Position numbers and translations under genes: made by a program | Notes under the pieces: generated by a model | What the model saw: the letters and a program-made list of their open reading frames with translations, nothing else | The model's database searches: none | What the model was told of the DNA's origin: nothing | Part shown: one piece after another, positions 29,582 to 37,288 of the stretch | Position numbering within the stretch: position 1 is the stretch's first letter | Layout: each line of letters opens with the position of its first letter | Virus record (IMG/VR): IMGVR_UViG_3300010280_000442 | Location: 1 to 64,000 of that record | Length of the DNA stretch: 64,000 bases | Source: a virus | Taxonomy: Duplodnaviria > Heunggongvirae > Uroviricota > Caudoviricetes | Strand: one strand, 5' to 3'

Positions 29582-29610
29582 TTGATTTTTTGAATTTTCT
29601 ATGCTATAAT
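29582..29610 (+). promoter_or_regulatory. promoter TTGATT-N17-TATAAT for the Fic cassette
   Basis: CTTGATTTTTTGAATTTTCTATGCTATAATTC, 50 nt upstream of RBS GGAGAAAGGAG. Confidence 0.45.
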
Positions 29611-29659
29611 TCTTTTCGTAATTTCAAGTTCCGCACTTCGGCGGAGAAAGGAGTATCAT

Positions 29660-30805
29660 ATGGAAAACCGTGCAGGTACTTTTATTAGTAACCTTTCCGG
29701 AGAAATGGCGTATAAGTCCTTTCGTCCTTCACCCTTGCCGCCCACCCCTCCTGTTGATATAGACCCTGATATGCTTGCTAAATTAATTGAAGCAAATAAA
29801 GAACTTTCTTATCTTGAAGGAGTGTCTTCCAGAATTCCGAATATTGACCTCTTTGTTTCCATGTATGTCCGCAAAGAGGCTCTGATGTCTTCCCAAATTG
29901 AAGGTACACAATGTACCTTGGATGACATTCTTGACCCTTTGATGGATGCAAATGCCAATCGAGATGTGTCTGATGTCGTCAACTATATTCGGGCTACGGA
30001 ATATGCAATAGAGAGGCTTCAAACTCTTCCTCTTTGCAACCGTTTAATCAAGGAAATACACGCTGTCCTTATGCAGGGAGTGCGTGGACAGGAAAAAAGC
30101 CCCGGTGAATTTCGCTATTCCCAAAACTGGATTGGAGGTCAGGGAAGCACGCTTAAAAATGCACGCTATATTCCCCCGAATCCGATTGACATGGTTGAGT
30201 CAATGTCTGATCTGGAGAAATATATCAACAGCGATGACACGCTTGACCCATTAATCCAAGCGGCACTTATCCATTATCAATTTGAAACAACACACCCTTT
30301 CCTGGACGGCAACGGCCGCGTTGGAAGGCTTTTAATTACACTGTTTCTGATGGAAAAGAAAATTCTTACCACTCCGGCTCTGTATATTTCTTACTACTTG
30401 AAAATGAACCGTGTAGAATACTATGACCGGATGACCCAAGTCCGCCGCACCGGTGATTACGAACAATGGATTAAATTCTTTCTGCAGGCTTTCTCGGAAT
30501 CTGCAAAAGATGCGGTTGAAACAATAAATATGCTCTCCGCACTCCATGACCAAAGCGTCTCTTCCTTTGATGATTTGTCAAAACGGCAGAGGAATTCGAT
30601 TATGAAGGTATTTACGTACCTTGAAACGAACCCAATTATTGACATTCAGAAAACTGCAACGGCTCTGAATCTTTCTTATAACACAGTTGCAAAAGCGGTT
30701 TCGATTCTGATGGATAAAGGGATTCTGTCACAGACGGACAAATCCGGTAAAGCAAAAATATATTCTTATACTGCTTACCTTGACATTCTCCGTAAAGACA
30801 CATAA
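29660..30805 (+). CDS. Fic/DOC family protein (AMPylase-type; HPFx[DE]GNGR motif) with C-terminal winged-helix
   Basis: Core Fic motif HPFLDGNGRVGR. C-terminal HTH-like region (SYNTVAKAVSILMDKGIL). Low-GC gene. Confidence 0.8.
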   Translation: MENRAGTFISNLSGEMAYKSFRPSPLPPTPPVDIDPDMLAKLIEANKELSYLEGVSSRIPNIDLFVSMYVRKEALMSSQIEGTQCTLDDILDPLMDANANRDVSDVVNYIRATEYAIERLQTLPLCNRLIKEIHAVLMQGVRGQEKSPGEFRYSQNWIGGQGSTLKNARYIPPNPIDMVESMSDLEKYINSDDTLDPLIQAALIHYQFETTHPFLDGNGRVGRLLITLFLMEKKILTTPALYISYYLKMNRVEYYDRMTQVRRTGDYEQWIKFFLQAFSESAKDAVETINMLSALHDQSVSSFDDLSKRQRNSIMKVFTYLETNPIIDIQKTATALNLSYNTVAKAVSILMDKGILSQTDKSGKAKIYSYTAYLDILRKDT

Positions 30806-30809
30806 CCAT

Positions 30810-31235
30810 TCCCCACTCAGCCAAATGAAAAAGCTGGGTGGGGATTTTTCATGCCGTCAGAAAACGTCAAAGTCGTGCTGAGAAGCGAGATCTTTGTATG
30901 GGTAAGAATCGTTCATGCTTTCTGTGAACAGGTCGTTGACCAAACCGATAGTGAGCAGATCGAGGTCTCGGATACTGATGCCTAACTGGACACACCGAAG
31001 CAGGAACAGCGGCGTTGTCATTTCACGCTCACTTTTGCGAGGTTTTTTTTCGCATCCACCTGCGTCTGCACGTTCAGCCCCCACAGGTCGATCAGTTCAG
31101 GAAGAATCTGATAAATACTGAAGGTGTTGAACTGCTCCAGCCACTCGTCCGGCTCAGACGGTACTCCCTTGGGGTCCGCGTGTTTCGCCATAATATAAGC
31201 GATATTTTCAAAGAGCTCCAGACTGAATAGGTCGA
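30810..31235 (+). repeat. direct repeat R3 (master copy, contiguous with the intact tail assembly chaperone gene)
   Basis: Same sequence as R2. Begins with terminator hairpin 30811-30850 and runs into the TAC coding sequence. Confidence 0.85.
30857..31084 (-). other. -1 programmed-frameshift extension of the tail assembly chaperone (gpGT-like), slippery run A8 (plus-strand T8 at 31042-31049)
   Basis: In the TAC frame the sequence reads GCG AAA AAA AAC (an A_AAA_AAC heptamer). The -1 frame is open for 58 further codons (KKPRKSEREMTTPLF...DFDVF) and ends just before the terminator hairpin. Confidence 0.5.
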
Positions 31236-31398
31236 GGCTGGATTCGTCCTCGTCGTTGTCACCCACACTCTTTTCCAACTGTCTCAAGTCCTTATAAATA
31301 TCTCTGCCAAATTTCAGCCGGTACATTCTCGGAACCGCCGCACTCGCACGGAACTCCACTTCCTGCCCGTCGATCTCAATCTTTTTTGTCACTGCCAT
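31018..31398 (-). CDS. tail assembly chaperone (gpG-like)
   Basis: Small acidic protein between the expected major-tail-protein position and the tape measure gene. Carries a canonical slippery site and overlapping -1 ORF at its 3' end. Start at ATG MAVTKK with RBS GGAGGA. Confidence 0.7.
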   Translation of the reverse strand: MAVTKKIEIDGQEVEFRASAAVPRMYRLKFGRDIYKDLRQLEKSVGDNDEDESSLDLFSLELFENIAYIMAKHADPKGVPSEPDEWLEQFNTFSIYQILPELIDLWGLNVQTQVDAKKNLAKVSVK

Positions 31399-31458
31399 GA
31401 TAAAATCCTCCATTTCATGTAAGGACAGGGTGCTGTCCCTGCCCTGCGTTTCTGTCCC

Positions 31459-32226
31459 TTATTCCTCAGTATCAATGCTGACCAGCGAATTGCCTCCCGT
31501 CACAGTCGGGAGCTTCCCGTCCCATTTCTGGATCTTCTGGTATTCGATCAGCTCCTCAGACAGGCTTTCCGCAATCTTACGGTTCGCCTCCGCCTGCGCA
31601 TCTGCCGTGATGGCCGCCTTCTCTGCTTCCGCTTCTGCGTTGGTGATCGCCACCCGCTTATCCGCTTCCGCCTTCGCAATCGCCGCAGCGTTCTCAATCT
31701 CCTGCTGCTGGGCCTTCTGTTGGGCGATAGACCTCTGCTGGATCGCCTCGTTGTAGGCGTCCTCAAAGTCCATGTCATTGATGGTTACCTTATTGATATA
31801 CACCGTTTCTTCGCCGTACTTCTGCTCAAGCGATGTGTTCAGCTTTTCCTGCACGAGAGGCTCGATCTTTGCACGGTTGGTGACTTCCTCCGGTCCCAGT
31901 TCCACCATTGCCGATTTGACTGCGGAGGCCACAAGGCTGTCCGTGACCAGATTTTTGGTATCAGACACATTAGCATAAATCCATACGGAACGCTCCGGCA
32001 TGATCTGGTAAGTGACCGTGATATCTGCGGCGTACACCGGGGTCTTGTCGGATGCCTCGCCCCAAACCTGCACTTCCACCGTCTTATCCTGCTGTTTGTT
32101 GTTTACCTTATGGATGCTCTCAACAAAGGGAACCGTGAAAATAAGCCTTCCGCTGGGGATGGTCTCCTCCTGGACCTGACCGAAGGAGGTCTTCACGCCG
32201 GTATACCCGGTGGGGATGATCGTCAT
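31459..32226 (-). CDS. SPFH / band-7 (prohibitin-HflK/C-like) domain protein lacking an N-terminal membrane anchor
   Basis: SPFH core (IPSGRLIFTVPFVESIHKVNNKQQ...YQIMPERSVWIYANV...) followed by an Ala/Glu-rich coiled coil (QQKAQQQEIENAAAIAKAEADKRVAITNAEAEAEKAAITADAQAEANRKIAE). Start ATG overlaps the stop of the upstream remnant (ATGA). Confidence 0.8.
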   Translation of the reverse strand: MTIIPTGYTGVKTSFGQVQEETIPSGRLIFTVPFVESIHKVNNKQQDKTVEVQVWGEASDKTPVYAADITVTYQIMPERSVWIYANVSDTKNLVTDSLVASAVKSAMVELGPEEVTNRAKIEPLVQEKLNTSLEQKYGEETVYINKVTINDMDFEDAYNEAIQQRSIAQQKAQQQEIENAAAIAKAEADKRVAITNAEAEAEKAAITADAQAEANRKIAESLSEELIEYQKIQKWDGKLPTVTGGNSLVSIDTEE

Positions 32227-32378
32227 TGATTCTCCCCGCTGGGGTCGATGGATAGTGACACGGCGCCGGGCATACGCACCGGCTTGGCGTAGGTCACATT
32301 GCCGTCATCGTCAAAGGCCGCCTTTGCGTAATGGCAGTTTTTAAGGCCGAATTTGACCTTGTTGGATTTATTAGGCAT
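32223..32378 (-). pseudogene. 51-codon N-terminal remnant of a phi13/TP901-type major tail protein
   Basis: Translation MPNKSNKVKFGLKNCHYAKAAFDDDGNVTYAKPVRMPGAVSLSIDPSGENQ resembles the conserved N-terminus of Phage_TTP_1 major tail proteins. Strong RBS AAAGGAGA. Stops after 51 codons where a tube protein of about 190 aa is expected. Confidence 0.45.
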
Positions 32379-32418
32379 AATCAAGCGTCTCCTTTCAAAA
32401 AATAATGGCCGCCTGGGA

Positions 32419-32736
32419 TCAGACGGTCATCTCATACAAAACTTCGTACATCTTTTCATCCTCGATCCACACCTCGGATTTGTGGTAGAAGATTTCATGC
32501 TCCTTCAGCACAGCCTCTACCCTTTCCTCCAATTCCGGGTCTTTGAGGTCTGTATATACCTCAATGTCCAGATTGTTGAAGGCATGGTAGACGGTATTGT
32601 CCGCCCCAAACTCCACCTCTTCCGGGTAAAGGAAGCAGACAAACGGCGGGTCCGGGCTTTCCCCCTCGGCAAAATGGTCATAGGCGTATGGGATGCCTAT
32701 CGCTTCCATCAGTGCGAGTACATCATCGTGTGTCAT
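32419..32736 (-). CDS. hypothetical tail-completion / tail-terminator-position protein
   Basis: 105-aa acidic ORF immediately upstream of the major-tail-protein position; synteny only. Confidence 0.4.
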   Translation of the reverse strand: MTHDDVLALMEAIGIPYAYDHFAEGESPDPPFVCFLYPEEVEFGADNTVYHAFNNLDIEVYTDLKDPELEERVEAVLKEHEIFYHKSEVWIEDEKMYEVLYEMTV

Positions 32737-32757
32737 ATATCCTCCTGTCCCGCTGGG

Positions 32758-33138
32758 TCAATCGCTCAGCGCCTTTTCAATCAGCTGCTGTAAAAGTTCC
32801 ACCCCTGCTTCCTCTGCAGGCGCAATATGGGGCTTTGCCGCTACCCGTCCGCCGCCCCGCTTGGCGTGGCCTTTCTCCAGCAGATGGGCCAGCATATACC
32901 GGGTCGGAGAACACACGGTCTGCACCAGTTTCTGGCTGTTCTCCTCCGTGGTCTTCGCCACCCAGCTTTTTGCGTACTTTCCCGTCCGCACAGGCGCATT
33001 TTCGGATATCTGTTCCTTGACCGTCCTCGCGGATTTCCTGACGGCGGATTTCATCTCCGTGGCGGCAAGGTCCGCATATTCCTGCAGTCCCTTATTGATG
33101 GCGTCTGCCATCTCATCAATGCTGTAAGTCTTGCTCAC
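32758..33138 (-). CDS. HK97 gp10-family head-tail joining protein
   Basis: KSAVRKSARTVKEQISENAPVRTGKYAKSW resembles the gp10 family. GTG start after RBS GGAGGGAGG; the annotated upstream ATG would overlap the previous gene. Confidence 0.55.
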   Translation of the reverse strand: MSKTYSIDEMADAINKGLQEYADLAATEMKSAVRKSARTVKEQISENAPVRTGKYAKSWVAKTTEENSQKLVQTVCSPTRYMLAHLLEKGHAKRGGGRVAAKPHIAPAEEAGVELLQQLIEKALSD

Positions 33139-33467
33139 TGGCGCACCTCCCTCCGGCAAAGGAGTTTGATCTCCTTGCGCTGGTAGTTCATCATGTCAAC
33201 AGAAGCGATATTATAGACATCTCCGTGGAAGCGGACTCGGAAGCCGGTGGATGTGATATTTTTCAATTCCGAGCAGTACCGCACGTTAAACGTAACCGTC
33301 CGTTCTTCCGTCGTTACCTCCCCGGCTTTCTCCTCCGCCTCATAGGTTGAGGCATAAGTGAAGCAGGAGAAATACTCCTCCCACTGGTTCACATGGTTGC
33401 CCACCTTATCGACCACAGTGGTGTTTTTCTCAATGGTAATTCGCTCGTTCATCCTTGCGATCTCCAT
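33135..33467 (-). CDS. head closure / head-tail adaptor (SPP1 gp16-like)
   Basis: 110 aa. Position and size fit. The ATG follows the connector gene stop with a 1-nt gap. Confidence 0.55.
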   Translation of the reverse strand: MEIARMNERITIEKNTTVVDKVGNHVNQWEEYFSCFTYASTYEAEEKAGEVTTEERTVTFNVRYCSELKNITSTGFRVRFHGDVYNIASVDMMNYQRKEIKLLCRREVRQ

Positions 33468-33468
33468 C

Positions 33469-33831
33469 TTAGAAATTCACCCCTTCCCGCACAGCGAACA
33501 GCAGGCTCCTAAGCGTCAGGGTCAGCGCGTGGTGGTCCGCTTCCTCCCGGTGCTCATAGAGATAGCCGAGGGCGTACAGCACCGCCACACGCATGACGCT
33601 GCGGAGTTTTTCCAGTTCTTCCTCTGTGTAAAGGTCTGTATCAGTCGGCAGGATATTTCCTTCCTCATCACAGGCCAGCGCGTCGATGGCTTTCCACTGT
33701 TCAGCGGTCAGCCTTGCCACATCCACACATAACTGCTCGGCGGAAGCAAGAAGGACGCCGACCAGGACATCCTCATCGCCGCTGTCCACACGGAGATAGG
33801 TCTTTGCCTCATAAAGCGGTATCAAAGCCAT
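33469..33831 (-). CDS. gp6-like head-tail connector protein
   Basis: Connector-like composition (LYEAKTYLRVDSGDEDVLVGVLLASAEQLC). Start at MALIPLY with RBS GGAGGGAGG. Confidence 0.6.
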   Translation of the reverse strand: MALIPLYEAKTYLRVDSGDEDVLVGVLLASAEQLCVDVARLTAEQWKAIDALACDEEGNILPTDTDLYTEEELEKLRSVMRVAVLYALGYLYEHREEADHHALTLTLRSLLFAVREGVNF

Positions 33832-33853
33832 GATCGGCACCTCCCTCCGTTTT

Positions 33854-35065
33854 TTAAGCGCCAGCCTTCATCTGAAGGACCTGCACCGCCTCCGGCAGAA
33901 TCAGCTTGCCATCCACACGCTGGGTGGTCAGGAAGCCAACCTGGTCAGTACGGGCATACAGCTCGTTCAGGCGGCGGAAGGTGCGGCTCTGGCGATCAGC
34001 AACCCAGTAATAGCTGTAGTCACCGAATACCAGCGCTTTGTTGCCCGCCGCAAGCGCCGGCATGAAGCTGCTGGTACGGATAGGCTTATTCAGGATGGTG
34101 TCCGGCTTGCCCACATCCAGACCCGGCTTCCAGATATAGTTGTCGTTGTTGTCCTTTAAGAGCATCAGCTGCAAAAGCAGCGCCTCATTACACAGGAAGG
34201 ACGCCTTCTTGCGGTACGGGGATTTCAGGCTGTAATACAGCTTGAACACCTCATCAAAGGTCACAGCCGTTGCAGACGCGGCGGTCACACCGACCTGGGC
34301 GCAGGCGTCGTCCAGAAGGCCCAGGGGCTTGCCGATGCCGTCGCCGGTAATGAAAGCCTTCTCCTCGGCATTGCCCATGCGCACACCAAAGCGGCGGGCG
34401 ATATAGCTGGCGAGGTCGAAAGCGGAATCGTTCAGCAGCTCGTTAGAGATCTTGATCATCGTCCCCAGCTTATAAGCAGACAGAGTCGTCTGGCCGAAAG
34501 CGGCATCACTCTCCGGAATCTCCTCGCCCTCATCAATCCACTCGGCAAGGCCGGTGTCCTGGGCAATCGGGATCTTGCGGGTGCCGGAACTGGTGTGAAT
34601 GATGGTGGCAAGGCCACGGAAGATATTGTTCTCCTCCAGGGCTTCCACCAGCTTGCGCTCAAACTCGTCCGGGACCGTGAAGCCGCCCTCAGTGTCCACG
34701 CCCACAGAAAGAGCGTTCTGGATCTCGCCGTAGCTGCCACGGCTACGGATCATGTTCCAAAACGCCTCGGAATACTCCGGTGTGCCGGTCGGGCTGGCGT
34801 TCTTCGCCGCCACAGGCGCATTGGCCTTCGGCTTGCTTGTGATGGGCTGGGAGGTCGGCTGGGAAAGCTGTGCGTCCAGCTGCGCCTGCTGCTCCAGGCG
34901 TTCAATCTCAAGCCCCAGGTCTTTAACCTCCTGCGCCATCTTGTTGTACTGCTCCACCGCGTCGGCGGCCACAAGGCCGTTCTCACCGCGGTGCTTCTCC
35001 AGGAACGCCTTGGTCTGCTCCCAGAGGGTGTTACGCTTCGTGCGCAGTTCCAAAATCTTACTCAT
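33854..35065 (-). CDS. major capsid protein, HK97 family
   Basis: N-terminal coiled coil (KILELRTKRNTLWEQTKAFLEKH) typical of HK97-type MCP. Core GGFTVPDEF...KIPIAQDTGLAEW. Start at ATG MSKILEL with RBS GGAGGT. Confidence 0.85.
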   Translation of the reverse strand: MSKILELRTKRNTLWEQTKAFLEKHRGENGLVAADAVEQYNKMAQEVKDLGLEIERLEQQAQLDAQLSQPTSQPITSKPKANAPVAAKNASPTGTPEYSEAFWNMIRSRGSYGEIQNALSVGVDTEGGFTVPDEFERKLVEALEENNIFRGLATIIHTSSGTRKIPIAQDTGLAEWIDEGEEIPESDAAFGQTTLSAYKLGTMIKISNELLNDSAFDLASYIARRFGVRMGNAEEKAFITGDGIGKPLGLLDDACAQVGVTAASATAVTFDEVFKLYYSLKSPYRKKASFLCNEALLLQLMLLKDNNDNYIWKPGLDVGKPDTILNKPIRTSSFMPALAAGNKALVFGDYSYYWVADRQSRTFRRLNELYARTDQVGFLTTQRVDGKLILPEAVQVLQMKAGA

Positions 35066-35133
35066 AGTGGTTACCTCCATAAAATTTGCATTTCGGTTAA
35101 TTGATGTGTATATGAAAACAGCCGGAGTGCCAA

Positions 35134-36114
35134 TCATTTCAGGCAGTCCAGCTGGTTCATCAAAATTTCATACGGCACAGAGCCGTCTGCGGTTTTACCG
35201 TCCATACCGATCGCGGGCGGCACGTCCATCTTTTCGGACAGTTCTGACAGGATATCCGTCAGAGACCGGAATTTGCCGTTTTCATCCACAAGGCTGATGG
35301 AATGCTCTTCCAGCACTCCCGATACTGTGGTCTGCGCCGCAACAGGCTTCTCCGGCATATTCCCTGCACCCAGACGGTTGAGGATCGTAAGCCCCATCTG
35401 CTTTGTGGAATACATCAGCGGTTCCAAAGCAAAGCTGTCCAGATGGACGCCTTTCTTTTTCTCATTGTCGTTATCCCCGTCATCATCGTCACCACCGCCC
35501 TCGCCAGGCTCTTCCTTGGGTTCTCCTTCCGGCCCGTCCGCCTTCTTTTTCTTGGGAGCGAAGGGATTCTCCGCATTAAAAAGAATCTCATCCACAAAGC
35601 CCAGGTCATAGGCTTTCTTAGCGTTGAGCCAGGTTTCATTGCTCATGAGCGCTGCGATTCGGTTGCGCGACAGATGGGATTTCGTCATATAAGCGTTGAT
35701 GATGCTCTCTTTTACCTCATTCAACACATCGATGGCATGCTCCATGTCCTTAGACGTACCCTTGGCGATAGTGGACGGATCATGGATCATGAGTAACCCG
35801 GTCGGGCTGATCGCTACATGGTCTCCAGCCATGGCAATGACGGATGCCGCTGATGCCACCACGGAATCGATCTTAACCGTGACCTTACCCTTATAATCCC
35901 GGAGCATCGTGTAGATTTCGCTCGCGGCGAACACGTTCCCACCGGGACTATTCAGCCATAGGATCACGTCCCCCTCCCCGGCATTCAGCTCATCCCGGAA
36001 TGCTTTAGGCGTTACACCGTCACTGCCCCATGTGGACTCCTCATCGATTGGTCCAACCATGCGCAGGACACGCTCGCCCGCGTCATTCCTGATCCAGTTC
36101 CAGAACTTCTTCAT
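35134..36114 (-). CDS. ClpP-like (S14) prohead maturation protease with C-terminal scaffold-like acidic region
   Basis: ClpP signature LWLNSPGGNVFAASEIYTMLRDYKGKVTVKIDSVVASAASVIAMAGDHVAISPTGLLMIHDP. Acidic EEPGEGGGDDDDGDNDNEKKK linker. Confidence 0.8.
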   Translation of the reverse strand: MKKFWNWIRNDAGERVLRMVGPIDEESTWGSDGVTPKAFRDELNAGEGDVILWLNSPGGNVFAASEIYTMLRDYKGKVTVKIDSVVASAASVIAMAGDHVAISPTGLLMIHDPSTIAKGTSKDMEHAIDVLNEVKESIINAYMTKSHLSRNRIAALMSNETWLNAKKAYDLGFVDEILFNAENPFAPKKKKADGPEGEPKEEPGEGGGDDDDGDNDNEKKKGVHLDSFALEPLMYSTKQMGLTILNRLGAGNMPEKPVAAQTTVSGVLEEHSISLVDENGKFRSLTDILSELSEKMDVPPAIGMDGKTADGSVPYEILMNQLDCLK

Positions 36115-36171
36115 CAGGTTCTCCTCCTCTTCGATTTCTTCGGCGTACTCTCATTCCGCCTGTTTTCGCTG

Positions 36172-37287
36172 TCACTCATACCGCATAAAATCCTTTCCAT
36201 AGATTTCATTGCACCAATCAAAAATGCGCCCCATACCGAGCCCGGATCTACTGGGCACCCAGATCTGTCTGGGATTCCAGCATTCCTTATCGGTAAGAAG
36301 CGCATCATATTTAGGGTTTTCTATCCATTGCCCTCCGCCAATGCAGTATTCATATTGTTTTGGATGCGTATGCATTAACCTTTGGAAACGTGTTTCGCCA
36401 CGCTCCCTGTGGAAACCATACGCACAAAAAATGCACCCGGTCCGGTCACAGCCGGTACAATGAAATTTCTGATTCTTTTCATCACGTACCACTTCCCCGT
36501 ATACGGAACAGATAGGAACATTATATCGGACAATATATTCCAGCACGTCTTGCTCTGTCCAAAATGACATAGGATTGCTGATTGGCTTTTTCATATAGAA
36601 ACCATTGCACCCATTCCGAATCCACTGTTGTCTCCGCAACCTGCTTTCTGAGGCGAGTTGGCCAGTGATCGCATAACGATGTTCCTGCCGGGCATACCGA
36701 TTAGCAGGACGTTTTTTCATAGCGCTGCAGCATTGTGCAGAAATTCGGAACGGCAAATAATACAGCGGCTTCCACTTTGAAAAATCCATCTGACTCCCCG
36801 GTGACTTTACATCACCGTTCAGCCTCCTCATCCGATAAGCGTATTTTCCATTTGCCGTACTGATTCTGGCTTGGCCGATACACTCGGATACTTCTTTTCC
36901 TATAATCGGGTATCCATATACAGAAACCACATCCCGAAATGATAAACGGTCCGTGTGAAGATGACCATTTCTCTTGCCCGCCTTTCCCCACAAGGGATAG
37001 ATTGTTACCACATTCTCAAAGGATTGTGCGAACTTCCTGATCTCTGGGTATTCAAGGCCGGTATCAACAAACACAGCCGGAATGTCAGGACACGTCCTCT
37101 GGACAAGGTCGAGAAGAACCCGACTGTCCTTACCTCCACTGAAGCTCAAGTACACGCTACCGCCATAATGGAAATACCATTCTAAAATCCTTGTCTGGGT
37201 AATCATAATTTTTCTTTCAAGTGGCAGCCTTTGCAGCTCTTTCAGACGTCCCGCATCATGAATTCCGGTATCATAATCATTACTCAT
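36172..37287 (-). CDS. PAPS-reductase-family (PP-loop ATP pyrophosphatase) protein with C-terminal Cys cluster
   Basis: PP-loop SFSGGKDS. C-terminal CTGCDRTGCIFCAYG. Inserted between the portal and prohead protease genes. Confidence 0.8.
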   Translation of the reverse strand: MSNDYDTGIHDAGRLKELQRLPLERKIMITQTRILEWYFHYGGSVYLSFSGGKDSRVLLDLVQRTCPDIPAVFVDTGLEYPEIRKFAQSFENVVTIYPLWGKAGKRNGHLHTDRLSFRDVVSVYGYPIIGKEVSECIGQARISTANGKYAYRMRRLNGDVKSPGSQMDFSKWKPLYYLPFRISAQCCSAMKKRPANRYARQEHRYAITGQLASESRLRRQQWIRNGCNGFYMKKPISNPMSFWTEQDVLEYIVRYNVPICSVYGEVVRDEKNQKFHCTGCDRTGCIFCAYGFHRERGETRFQRLMHTHPKQYEYCIGGGQWIENPKYDALLTDKECWNPRQIWVPSRSGLGMGRIFDWCNEIYGKDFMRYE

Positions 37288-37288
37288 T

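Noticed and set aside
28050-31235. The three long direct repeats as a possible CRISPR array
   Set aside because: The repeats are 160-430 bp, contain coding sequence of the tail chaperone gene and a terminator, and the spacers are full gene cassettes with promoters; this does not fit CRISPR repeat-spacer geometry.
31459-32226. Idea that the SPFH protein is itself a novel tail tube protein
   Set aside because: Its sequence is a conventional SPFH/band-7 core plus an Ala/Glu coiled coil with no resemblance to tail-tube folds. The upstream 51-aa stub already accounts for a degraded tube gene. Retained only as an alternative to test.
36114-36308. 64-aa ORF overlapping the 3' end of the PAPS-reductase-like gene
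   Set aside because: Entirely nested in a different frame of a well-supported gene, with no RBS.
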